Source: Botryllus schlosseri
Lineage: Eukaryota
DNA: 64,000 nucleotides
Direction of reading: 5' to 3'
Assembly (NCBI GenBank): GCA_051294905.1
Contig: JBPPKV010000017.1
Span: forward strand, 806,001 to 870,000
The number at the start of each line of letters is the position of its first letter. Position 1 is the first letter of the stretch. The position numbers and the translations under genes are program-made. The notes under the pieces are model-generated. The model saw nothing but the letters and a program-made list of their open reading frames with translations, did no database searches and was not told where the DNA came from. Shown here in pieces: positions 13,001-25,149 of the stretch.

Positions 13001-15591
13001 CCAATTGCCGTCCTTCATACAAGTTGCCCACATGTAGCCATATTTTTCTGGCTTCTTGTAGCCGTCCATGCAGTAGTAATAGATCTTGTCATCGTGCATG
13101 TACATTTTCTTAGCGTAAGACTTGTGATGATTCATCATGTGATCCGGAGCACTGCAGTATTCTAACAATAATACATTGAAAATATGAGTTTGTCGAATAC
13201 ATCGCTGTTTTCAGATGTCCCGGCTTTATGATTAAGATTCGTCAAATTTCCATAAAATGCAGTTTCATTCATTGCAACAGCCACTGTATAGTCAACATTA
13301 CAAATGTAGGGAGTAGGCGTTGCATTGGATCTAGCTATTTAGTTTTGCTGGAATAAGCTATTTAATGAACCTAGCAATGCTATTGAATTGTTAGCTCATT
13401 TTATACCAACTTTGATTATTACTATTTATATTATAAGACCAAATTACCCATGGAATTAAATGAACTGTAAACAATTCAATACCGGGTAATAAATTTCTGT
13501 AGTTTAATAATCAATCAACGCTTGATAGATGCATGGTTCGTTTATCGCTTGTACGTTAGAATGAAGCTTTGTAATCCGCCATATTTCTGATTTATGGGTG
13601 CGAAGGTCATGACAGTCAGGGGTAGACCATGGGCATTGCTAATCGCGACCTGATACTGCAGTAAAGGGATAATACTTACTTTTGCACATTGGAGGTGTCC
13701 TATCCCACATTCCGTTGTCTCCGCACTTCATGTAATCGTATTTTCCCCCTTCGTAGTATTTATAATACTTATCGGGACACATAAAGGTAACTTTCTCGCC
13801 GTAGTAGTAGTGGTCCTTCATGGGTTCGTATTTGCCGTAGTTCATTTTGGCCACCTTGCAATAATCTGACTCAATAAACGACGATAAATTATACTGTGGT
13901 ATGACGCAACGAGGTGCGAACGCATTCATTGACTCCCCGCAGACTCCTTACCGTAGCATTTTGACGCCTGCTTCCATTTTCCATCCATTTGACAGGTCGA
14001 ATACGTATGCTTTTCTCTATTTCCTGGGCAGCCATAATAGAGTTTGTCATCGTATTTGTAGCCAGCCTTGTCCGGATAGAATCGACCGCCGAAGAATGTT
14101 CGAGGATGTGCGCAAGGCTCTGAAATATTTACGAAACCATAATGACTACGCCCTTTGTCTTCAGCGTCGTGACTTTTACACGGCCACAAGGCGCCTGTGT
14201 TGGGAACTCGTTACTACCTTCCAGTCACTGCTGCATATTTGTAATCCGGTAGAGTCAGTTAAAAGTCACGCAATTTTCGAATCGTGTCAAGACAAGTCAT
14301 CTCGCATTCGTCAATTTCCAGTTGGTTTCACCCCACCATATATCTTAAGCGTCTCTTGTCTGATTTTAATCTGCGGATCCTAGACCACGCCGAACTATAT
14401 AGTCAAACTTGGTTTTCTACGATTTCTAAACCACCAAGTCGATGTCTGCCACAGCTACGGTTGCATTCAAAACAAGTGGTCCCTATATGACAGGGGTTGG
14501 AAGCCTATTTCGTCAAAGAAGCTTTATTTGACCCTATATTTTCAAATGCGAATATAAATCCAGTATGACGTCATGACTCCGAAAACAATGTTTTAAACGT
14601 GTTTGTTTTAAATAGATTCTTGTTTTAAACACAGCCCTAGTCACAGCGGTAGTGTATGTATACGTGTCCGAACGAGAATTATGGTTACAGGTGCTCCTGT
14701 CGAATTAGTATGGGAGTGTAATTCAACGTAAGCTACGTTTCATGGCAACAATTTAGCATATAAGGCTATAAAGGCCGACCTCATATTTGCAGAGAGAAAA
14801 ATTAAGGTTTGAGCATATACCAAATGTCGTCGAAATTGCTAAGAAAGGATCAACTTTGTATTTTACACACCTGATTGAATATATTTACGCATGGTTTCAA
14901 TGATATTAGCCAACAATACCTGTAAACGTCAATATGGCGTCAATTAAGGCTAGCCGTAGCTGGTTTACCTCGATGTCGCCGCTGCTAACACTAATGATAT
15001 CGAAATCGGAAACAGAAATAGAATTCAAAACATAATGGAATGATTTTTATCGCATGCCTCAAGTTGAATATTTGATGACTTGAAAATTAGATCAAAAAGT
15101 CTGCATCCGATTCGCGAGTTAATCCAAACTTGTTAGACCAGCTGTCTGAGTAAAGCCAAGTTATTTTGGGGCGGTGGTTGTCAAGCCAAGACCAAGGTAA
15201 TGAGATGCAGGCTGCTCTACTGTTAGCTTCCTGATTTAAACGTTTACATTCACGGAGAAAGTTATACGTGGACTTACTATTATCGCTACTGGTATATATC
15301 ATCCTTCAGCGGGAAATATCCGATTCATTAAATTTGACCTTATTCGAAGTGGAGAAGATAGTATTACCCAGAGTTTCACTGTACGCCTACTACTTTAGGC
15401 CTACTTACTTATGCACATTGGCATATCAGAATCCCAATTGTTTGAGCTATCGCAGTTCAGTCGTTCTTTTCCTTTCATCTCGTACCCATCCCAGCATTTG
15501 ATCCACACGGCACTACCGGATGGATATTTACCTCCACGCATGTCATGTGATGACCGCATTGTGGCATATTTCACATTAGGTTTGTCGCACG
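1017..15591 (-). CDS. Multi-exon CCP/sushi (SCR) repeat protein, >=18 tandem modules, Tyr/Met/Lys-rich; 5' and 3' ends not resolved
   Basis: Each exon encodes one C-x-C-x-C-xxxG-x-W-x-P-x-C module with canonical AG/GT sites. Exons are phase 1-1 except one linker pair. In transcript order: 15591-15409, 14119-13952, 13865-13680, 13161-12970, linker 12263-12196 (phase 1-0), 12111-11919 (phase 0-1), 10265-10071, 9983-9777, 8747-8553, 8399-8202, 7992-7792, 6554-6357, 6300-6106, 5234-5037, 4409-4215, 3475-3278, 2717-2535, 2382-2197, 1199-1017. Exons 15591-15409 (ACDKPNV...CWDGYEMKG...CDSSNNWDSDMPMCI) and 1199-1017 (ENCGVP...CSRGYKL...CGRGGNWRAELPKCI) are missing from the ORF track and were translated by hand. 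Confidence 0.92.
10774..11756. mobile_element. hAT-type MITE family B (GTTCACGTT subterminal repeats)
   Basis: TIR ~TAGAGATGGTGAGAAC. TSD TTAAATAC/ATAAATAC. A second partial copy lies at 51969-~52360. Confidence 0.85.
12280..12706. mobile_element. hAT-type MITE in CCP gene intron
   Basis: TIR TAGGGTTGCAT..AAAACAAA. Perfect 8-bp TSD GACGTAAT (12272-12279, 12707-12714). Confidence 0.9.
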
Positions 15592-17649
15592 CTGCAAGAG
15601 TAATACATGTGATTAGTTAGTACACGATAAAAGTTCGTGTGAAACGGGATTTTGGTGTGGGAAATCGCTATATAAAATCTAATATTTTTATTCACATAAT
15701 AATTCCAGTATTGGTTGTAAATATGTTTTAGTATATCTGTCAATTATCGAGTTAAATCACCCAATAAACTGAAAAATCTGAAGGAATCTTCCCAAGCAGC
15801 TATTAGTAATATTGAGGTTGATTCATTACAATTTACGCTGGTTCGCTCATCCTGCGGATAGCCCGCGTGTTGATACGCATTAAGTTTGTTTACTTGCCGA
15901 TGTTTTATTCAAAATCAAAAGTGTTTAGCATGTAGTTGCCCGTGGCCGGGCTCAGTGCATAGTGTTTCACAATGCGGTTGCTTACAATCAAGTGAACTTA
16001 ATAAGTTATAGGCCACTTACCAAGACATATTTGAATGATCAGTGCCACTGCGATGCAACTGAATAAATTGATCATGGTTGATTCTTCCGACTCTCGTTCG
16101 GATCGAAATCCACTTGTATATTCCGTTACCAAGACCAATCAAGGCAACTTGATCAAATGAGGTTTATCCTAGCATATATACACTTTGAGAAGGTCACGTG
16201 ACAAGTATGCCCTCGGGTGAACGTGATCTTACCGGTTATTTGCAGAATGTTTGAAAACGCAGATTCGCGGTAACGCCGGCCAATTTTGCATACGAATACA
16301 ATCACTTCAAACCGAGTCGTGAATACAGACAACAACGTTGGATGACTTGCATTTGGGCGAAATGTGTTTTTTTAAACTTTGACACGAATCAGGGAAATTA
16401 TAGATACAACGTGTACGATGTAAACGTATCCACGGGTACCGTTCCGAAGGATTACCAGAATTCAAGTTCATAACCACAATGATTTTGCTGTTTCGCTCAT
16501 ATGAATTGGCCTAAAACCACTTTCGTTCTCATCGATGTGATTCGCATGTAATGGAACATTTAGGTTCGCACGGATGGAAATTTCCCCGACAGTTTATACT
16601 GTGTTTAATTATTGAAAAGAAGAATTCTTTGAATGTGTGAAAAAGCATGGCGTATTTGCCCATCCGTCGAGATAAGATACCTACCAACCCTGAAAGTTTC
16701 ACGGGGTGTGTTGGTATGATCCGAACCATTGCATTTGTGTTTCCATCCACTTCCATAAAGTATTTGCCGAATGCAAAGATGGCAATAATAAAAGCGGTCT
16801 TGTTTTATTGAATACCCAATAGTATTAGCTTACAATGGCTGTTATTTTACTAAGCTTTTTTGTTTCCTACTGCAACCTTAATCTGAAGTATTTTGACTTT
16901 ATTTGAAAGTACTATTTCTAATTTACTTACCTGAGGACAGCATCACTTTTTATGTCATCCGTGTAGCACCAGTAGTCGAGTCCTCTCAATATAATTCGAT
17001 GCTGCTGTTCAATTACCATGGTTTTATATTATGCTAGAGTTTAAGCAACAACCAAGTGTTCGGTAGCCAATAAATCTCGACAGTTCAATTCGAATTTCTA
17101 GTTCAATCCGTTACTAAGCTCTCGGTCGCAATTTCTTGACACATGTCATCGGCAAATACCACACGGAAGTATTGGACTGGAAAGTATTGAAAATTATTCA
17201 TATACTACAAAACGTTCTGATATCGCAATTATTTGCCTCTGCAGTTTGGTGTAATATTGATATGATTGTAAATCTATGAAATAAATCTACTTTAATCCCT
17301 TCGCTTAGTATCCGACGCTGTATAATGGTTTGGAATATTTTGACCGGAGATATATAGTAGCCATTTGTAAAGTTGTCGGAAAACTAGGACAGTTTTTCTA
17401 AGCAAAAATTCAACATATTTGACCATTTGTAAGAGTCTATGGAGTATTACTATGGCAACCTATGTGATGTATTGCATTTAACCTGAAGCACTCGGGAAAT
17501 AAAGTACATATGGGCATATCGCGAATTTTAGGATTAAACAGAACATGTATAGTTAGTAATATATTCGTGCATGTTGTCGTATGCATGTAGGATTACTTTT
17601 CGAAACTATCAAATTTTCCTACACAACGTGGCGTGAATTTCATTTTGTC

Positions 17650-19690
17650 AAAATCATGGCACGCAATCGAATCAACTGCGCACAGTAATTCCTCGTAGAG
17701 AGATTGTACATGGGCGACTGTAATCGTGAGCGAGGAAAATACATTTTTAGACATTCTTCCATTTTGTTGCGATAAATACACCGATCGGTTGGAGAACATT
17801 GTTCCGTCGGCGTACTTAACTTTGTAAAACTTACTGCATGATCACTGATCAGTGATCACTGCACTCGTAACCGTTTCAATCTATTTATTGAAACTGCAAG
17901 TACATCAGGGGCATAGTGATTATTCTCTCTTTACGTGCTGATCTCGACAAAATTATCGTTGTTTTTTATTCTCACCTTACTTACATTTACTGCTACATTC
18001 ATCCCAACTCATGCTTAATGGGCTGTACCAGCTGAGATACACCCCGTTTGTGTTGCCGCAGGAATGGTATATTTGAGAGAATTTGATGCAGGTCCAAGCA
18101 GATGTCCGTGATAGAATTGCTGTGATGTAACATGGTGGAATATATATCAATTCATAAATTAGTCGGCTTTCTGGTCGCGTAGATAACGATATCTCACATA
18201 ATTTGCAACCCTAGTAACGTGATGTAATAGTGCCAATATTTCGCAACGTTATTCATGCATTTGCAGACACAGGCTCATATGCGACCGATGCCTGTAAACG
18301 TGATTTTTGTCCAAATCAGAATTTTGGGCAGGTTTTCGGTCGATCACAACTACATAGCACCATTTCATACTCCATTGTTCAACCTCCAACCTATGGGATT
18401 CATCGTAGTTTCCTCGTTGCGAAATGTGCCAAATTAAACGTATATTTCTGTCTCAGTGATAAAAATATTTCCCCGCACACCAATTAAATTCATGTTATCT
18501 TGTTATCGCCATTTATGGTTTTTGAGCCTTGATTTCATGTCCTTATCGTGATAATATCTTATTTCCCGGCTCTTGATTTTGTGCTATTATTGACCATTGT
18601 CCATTTCGCTTACACAATTTTTGACTGTGGTTCAAAAGACCATCAGGTGATAAGCATTCAATTTTTTGTTTAATGAACAACGACAACTGCATGGCGTGCG
18701 TACCAGTATATGTGGTTAAGATTAATCGACAAACCAGTAACTCTGATCGGTAATTATACTGTAATAAGAAGATTTAATTTTATCTTGTCATTGGCAGCTA
18801 CAAGACACGACGATAATAACATACGAAAAAGGCATAGTGCCACTTCGTACTAATGTTCGGTGAAATTAAATATGTATTTTATGTGTAATTTTATTCCAGG
18901 AATTTGTAAATACTCTATATTTGAGCACTTCATTCGCGCAATCACATTGTATTAAAACCAGCGTATTGTATTATCCATAGCTGTTGGCCTATTCAATGGC
19001 CGCAATTCGAAACAAAGCATTGCGTACGGTGTCTCCCACAAGAATGTATATAGAGTATGAACAGAGACGATGGAAAGATGTATCATATACATGTATCAAT
19101 ACGGGCCATACTACAAAGGCAGTACCTGTATCACAAAACCCATATAAATGGTTTTCATTTTGTATCCAGACCAGGGTAGCTTGCTAACCAGTTCTTCGTC
19201 GCTATTGGAAATTAGCTACGTGGCATAAATCCTACAAATAGTCAGACCCATGCATTCGTTGCTCAACTAAACCTCCAAATCCATGCGCGCCCCCAATATC
19301 GTACGGAACTCGTTATTTTGCAGCTTGGATCCAAATAAGAAGTATGGTAAGTATAGAACACCTGAAAGCAGGGAGTGTCGTAGTCGCTCATCGCTTAAAC
19401 TACCCACTGCTGCCTACCAAGTTACTAATTACTATAGATGGCGTGTGGGTGTGGGGTTGGCTTTCCGCACAGCGACGAGGGATTCGTGTTCCAGTCATCA
19501 TGGAAGGAATGGTGTGGTACTATATTACCCTTCCAGTAATACTTACAAAGTCTATCAATATAGGTATGCCATCAAGTTTTTGCACTAGAATACATTACGG
19601 TTAATTGGGAAATGTATGGATGGCATCGTTCAGTGCTTCTCAAACGTTTTGTATATGTGTCCTATATATCGCACATTTTTACCTAGTTCG
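17650..19690. repeat. Arm 1 of ~2 kb inverted segmental duplication (partner ~25150-27140; third partial direct copy ~20300-21150)
   Basis: Collinear shared blocks, e.g. TTTGCAGACACAGGCTC, CACATTTCGCAA.GAGGAAACTACGATGAATC, AAAGACCATCAGGTGAT, GGCCTATTCAATG and GGGAAATGTATGGAT...CAGTGCTTCTCAAACGTTTTGTAT. Confidence 0.85.
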
Positions 19691-19948
19691 CGGTTGACCT
19701 TGATAAATAGATCGGAACAGAAGTTGCTAACTCTGAAGGGCTAAAGGCTACTGTTCTGACTGACCGCAAGCCAATAGTGCCGAGATCAGTTTACCACAAA
19801 TGGTTTCCTGCGAAGGCAAGTCTGGTGCGGATCATTCACTGTGTATCTTTTGAAATTAGCCTGATGTTTACCAATCCAGACACCGCTCATCCATTACGAT
19901 TATATGGATCTCTTCTGACTCAAGTCAATACTACATTGACTATTCTTA
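18981..19948 (+). pseudogene. Decayed CCP-like exons
   Basis: 18981-19175 is an AG..GT-bounded 195-nt segment (the modal CCP exon size here) containing KDVSYTCINTG and YKWFSFC. 19438-19563 contains SDEGFVF. 19778-19948 contains CRDQFTTNG and HYDYM. Frames are broken. Confidence 0.35.
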
Positions 19949-22505
19949 GTAAGTGGGTACATGAAGCTTCCTTACCTCACTTATACAGCCTATTGTTTAG
20001 TAGGCACAGCGATAATCAGATGCAATGCTAAATATAATTTTTACTTTCATATTTGATTCGGCTAACCAAATTTATAGGTAATGGGGAGTTACTCGCGACC
20101 ACTAGAGAAAACTGCCGCCATTGGTGGTACGCGTACCGGAGTCTCGGAACCACTGGAGTAGTCAATGTATCTCGCAAACGTAAAACTAATCACACAAGTA
20201 TCTTTTCTAGAGTAATTGTGATATTTCCTAAACTAGCAGTCTGATCCATCATAATCGACCCTGTAAATATGTATTGTATGAAGAGATGGCGTCGAAATAT
20301 TAGTTGGATAACCGAAAATACGAAAGGATCTGAATTCGTGAGCTCATTTCATATAACTTCTACCAATTCGAAATGCTACAAGACTGCAATCGTGAGCGGG
20401 AAGAATTTATTTTTAGCTATTCCTCCATTTTATTGCGATGAGCCTACATAGCAGATCAACAAAGTTGTCCCGTTAAGTATATTTGACTTTGCCATGAGAA
20501 CCCGCATTATCACGACACTCGTAACTAATACGAAATCGGCTTACTGAAACTGAAAGTACATGGATTAGGAGCGTTACTCACGTCATTATTCTTTACATGC
20601 CAGCAGTAAGATAGACCTGTATAACGTGATTGTACTGCGATTTCAATGATATATGAGACAATTCGATGCAGCTCCAAAAATATGTCCATGATATGTCCAT
20701 GATACCGAATTCCTGTGATAGATCATGCTGAAATTTATGTCCCTTTATATATTATAGTCATCTATAATAACAAAGGATATTAAAATCTTGTATAGTCTGC
20801 AACCCTGTAAACGTGAAATAGATGTCCATATTCTTTTAAGCCTTTTGAGACATGGATTCGAATCTGGCCGAGGTCTATTCGCTGTTTAGTTATTTTCAGC
20901 AAAATCAGAATTTCCGAGCGCTTTTCGTTCTATTACAAATGTATGTTGTACACTTTAAATCAGTTATAAAGTTGAACCGGTCAGATAATACTGTAAAAAC
21001 ATGATTGATCAATTAATATTGTGATGGACAACTATAACACTCGGTGCACTCATAATTCGAAAAAACATATTGGAACCAGTTTTACTCCAGGAATGAGCAT
21101 ATATTTGATTTGAGCATGTTCAAGTATTTCATACAAGCAAGCACACTGCGTTAACCCCAGACACGGCGCTGATGAAACGTAAGATACAATTGTTTTAACG
21201 CGATATAAAATAAATGCAGTATCACCACAGAATCCAAGTGCATTATTATTTGTTATGTTGAATCCAGATTAGAGCAAGTTTCTGACCAGTCCTACAATGC
21301 AATAAACATAGTACGACAGTAATACTGTAGATAACCAGACCCGAATGTTGCTTATTCCCTAACCACTCATTTTCGTCCTACGATTTAGGAGCAGACAGCT
21401 CCTTTCGAAGCTTGGATATCGATGAGCAACCTGAATCAGTAGACAACACTTGACCAGGAATTCGAAGGAGACGATGTTTTTGTATCGTAGGCGAGCTGAG
21501 TAGAAGCCGCACACGGAGAGATATTAAAATACTTTCAAAGCGTTACTTCCAATCGGTGGTTGATGAAGATATTTTTTAGTTCTTATATAGTCTTCTTTAT
21601 TGTTTTTGTTGTATTTATCGCTTGAACTTTGATCTCGAATGGAATGATCCGCTTTTTGCCAGGGCTGGCCACAACGATTTGAGTACTCAAATCCGAGTCT
21701 CATGGGATGATTAGCGCTATTGATTTTAAATCAGCGTGTGGTTGTCAAAATGGTGCCTATACCTTGGTCACGGTTATATTATCTAGGAATCAATTTTAAA
21801 AAGCCTTCACAAACAACCGCAACTTGCCTATTGCAATAAAGTGAATCTGTTTTTGATTTGACTACGAGTCATTCACAGTAAATGACTTGGTGTGACCACT
21901 GTAACGTATTGACGACATTCATAATAAATAGCAAGCGTTTTGCATCATGGAGATGAAGCTGTTTTCAAATGTAAACCCCACTCAAGTCACCGGTACATGG
22001 GCTTAATGCTGGCTATTTCCATACACGTTCCTTCATGTTTTGTGTTATAAATACCGAGCTATCTATTATAATGCTATCTTTCAGATTAGCGGCGAGTTAT
22101 CGCACCTATCACGCTCAGGAAAGCACCCAGCCTCGGGCTACAAGGATTTCGCGCTGTTCACTGTGAATCAGCGGGTTCCAATATATCGCCGAACGAGACA
22201 GTTTTGAATTACGAGACAGCAAGACAGGTTCACAATCGTTCAGCGTCTACAGAATCACCTCAATCCATGTCACGAAATGCGCTTGTTCCTTTACCTGATG
22301 CATTGCCACGTTCCACGCGATTTGTCAGCTTTTATGCCAGGGATAGCGGTGGGATGTTTTCCAAAGAGTGCGGTACAGAAGTATCAGCATACACTCTTAA
22401 CCTTGTTTCTAGCAACGGTTTATTTGAGGACCCGACACAAAATCATTTCCATTCTTTATAGGTATTGGTGGACCATTTAAGCTCGGTGACTAGTTTCACT
22501 AACGG

Positions 22506-23904
22506 TAGGCTTACCATATTCTGGAATCGGAAATGGAGAACACTTTTATCAAATCATAAAAGTTGGTTAACCGAAACCGAAAACAGCTGATTTGAAAATA
22601 TTTACTCGAAATCTTGTTGTGTTGACTAGAAAAAGGTCATCACTATGACTCGACTCCCGGATTACCCACTTTTTAACGATACTTCTGTGGTGTTGACTGA
22701 AGAAAGAAAACAAGTCATCGGTCAGACTCGACTCCCGAATGACACGCTTGAACGCCAGCATTGCGTATTTCGCGTCATTTGCGTCGATTTTCTGTTAACC
22801 CTGTCCATTAGCCCAGCTGTCAAAGCTGTGAAGGAGAACGAATTTCCATAAGGGAGGACATTTAGGCGTCTTTGGAGGACATTTCAATATTCTGAAAAAG
22901 GAGAATAGGGGAGATGTGGTACCGATGGATCAAAAATTGCAAAATGATCTCTGGCCCTCAAATCTTCAGCGGAGAATAGCAGATCTTTTGCTGTTTCAAC
23001 ACTTCGATACAAGCTCTACCTATCGCGGACATTTACATGAATATTCGCCTTTTCAAAAAATATTTATAAACGTTTAAAATTTGTTGATCGAACGTGTCAT
23101 CGGTCCCCACCCGGTGGGTCCAAGGGCACACAACCATGGGACCCATGAGACATACGCTGAAAAACTCAAATTTGTTAACTTGTTTTGTTGTGTACTATAA
23201 GCTAAGCTACAGCAAGCCAATAAAGAACATTTCATAGCGACATTCAAGAATAAAATAGATTATATGAACTCAAATGTTGGCATAAAATCATGTTTTGATT
23301 TACGCCTAAACTTACAAAATAATGCCACCTACATATTACCCGCAAATCGACATTTTGACTTTCAAATACCTCGTAATTGCGATCAAATACCACAGGTATC
23401 TATGATTTACAGCCTATATATATCTAGGTGAGTTTCTCTTGTGAAGTGATTAGTTGGTCCATATATTTTGTTTGATTTGGCTATGGTCCCATAGGTCCCC
23501 CACCCCATAAATATTGTGATTGACTTGAAAATAGTCCACTCGAGGATGGTATTGATTCAAAATATATGTGCCATTATATACCCTGATACAAGCCATGTAC
23601 TTCACATCAAAAATTATAGCGGATGTGTTATTCTGAAATGTGATATAGAAAAATGCAAATGTCGATCCAAATTTACTTTACACCGACTAAAACGTCAATG
23701 ATTCGTCACAGATCCCATAACTCACGCAGGTCGAATGTTTTTGCATGTGAGGGAAGATTCTGTCACCATGCATCTGTAGACAAATTCACGGAGTGTAATC
23801 ATGGAATTATCATGGAGAATTTTTTAAGTATTTTCGGTCCCATGTGATCCATCGGTACCATATCTCCCCTAAATCCTCCTAAAAGTGGGCATATGGTAAC
23901 CCTA
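22506..23904. mobile_element. hAT-type MITE with a nested TA-flanked TIR element (22906-23871)
   Basis: Outer TIRs TAGGCTTACCATA / TATGGTAACCCTA with near-TSD ACTAACGG/GATAACGG. Inner ~27-bp TIR TAGGGGAGATGTGGTACCGATGGATCA. Confidence 0.8.
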
Positions 23905-25149
23905 GATAACGGTCTAACGATCGATTTGAATTATGAGAAGACGTTATGCTAAACATGTTTTGGTAATTTTAAATTATGAACTCATCGTTTTTTCTATTGG
24001 CTGATCCCTGAGAACGTTGTCATGATCCAAATACCCATCCCGGAGCTACGCTGGATTTCGATGTATTTTAAAGACCGATATCCTGATCTTATAGCATGCA
24101 TGTTGTAGGTCCAAATCGCGGCATAGGGCGATTCTGTGACTAAAAGTCTTAGCATAAATCGTTCGCCGATTTCCGAAATCCGTGGCGATCACGTGCTCTT
24201 TTTGTCTAATAATCACGGAAAGTTGAATCGGGATGGATACAATTGAGCGGATTTAGTATTTCCCAATTCATATCCAGATTCATATTCAGCATCAAACGCA
24301 AGCCTAGAGTATGTATTCACTTAATATCATGTGTCAATCCAATTTTATATAGCGACAATGACTATGATTTATTCAAAAGCTGGATCGATTGAAATGCCAA
24401 CTCTAAATTTAAATCCATTTAAATATGTCCAAAAGTTTCGAATCCTGTTCTTACAAACCAAAATCGTCGCTTATTGCCTATGCTCGTGTCTACTATGCAA
24501 CAGGGCGCCTGCCGCCACTTTTGAGCGTGAAAAATGTTTTTAATAAAATAGGCAATCGAATGTTGCCCTCGACACCTGTAACGATTCATCATTGGCGTGA
24601 CAAAACTAATTAGCGTTCGTAACAATTTACCGTTAAGTTAGGTGCTATGGTGACAGCTATGTGATTATATCCCGATTTCAAAACAACTTCAGATACGCGG
24701 TCCAGTTCATCTGGTAACATTTATACACACGACTAACAAACAAACAGCCTCTGTCCGTGTCAAGTAAAGCCAGAGCTTACGCAATTCACGAACGCGCGGC
24801 AAATCGAATCGTTTCTATCACAGTTACGTGATCACATTTTGCGGTAAAACTGATGGGGCTGATGACGGTGAAAACTTCATGCGCGATATTCCACAATGTA
24901 AATCTTATGCCATATCTTGTGACATGTTCAATTGTTCGTGCCACACGGACGGTTAAGATAAAGGAGTATCAATCGATACTAGCGATGGCTTTGGGGTTAC
25001 TGAATCTATTTATACACCCTGATTTGGCCTGTACCCCAGAATGAAATGTCCCCCCTTTTTTCACGGCGTGGCATTATTTGATACTTCTGTAAGTTATTTT
25101 TCATTGAGTTTGGATGTACATCTATTTCAAATATTATTCCATTCCATTG

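Noticed and set aside
14190-17020. Candidate 5' or signal-peptide exons of the CCP gene (e.g. a strong donor near 16930 and AFIIAIFAFG near 16790)
   Set aside because: I could not assemble a phase-consistent path from an ATG. Left unresolved.
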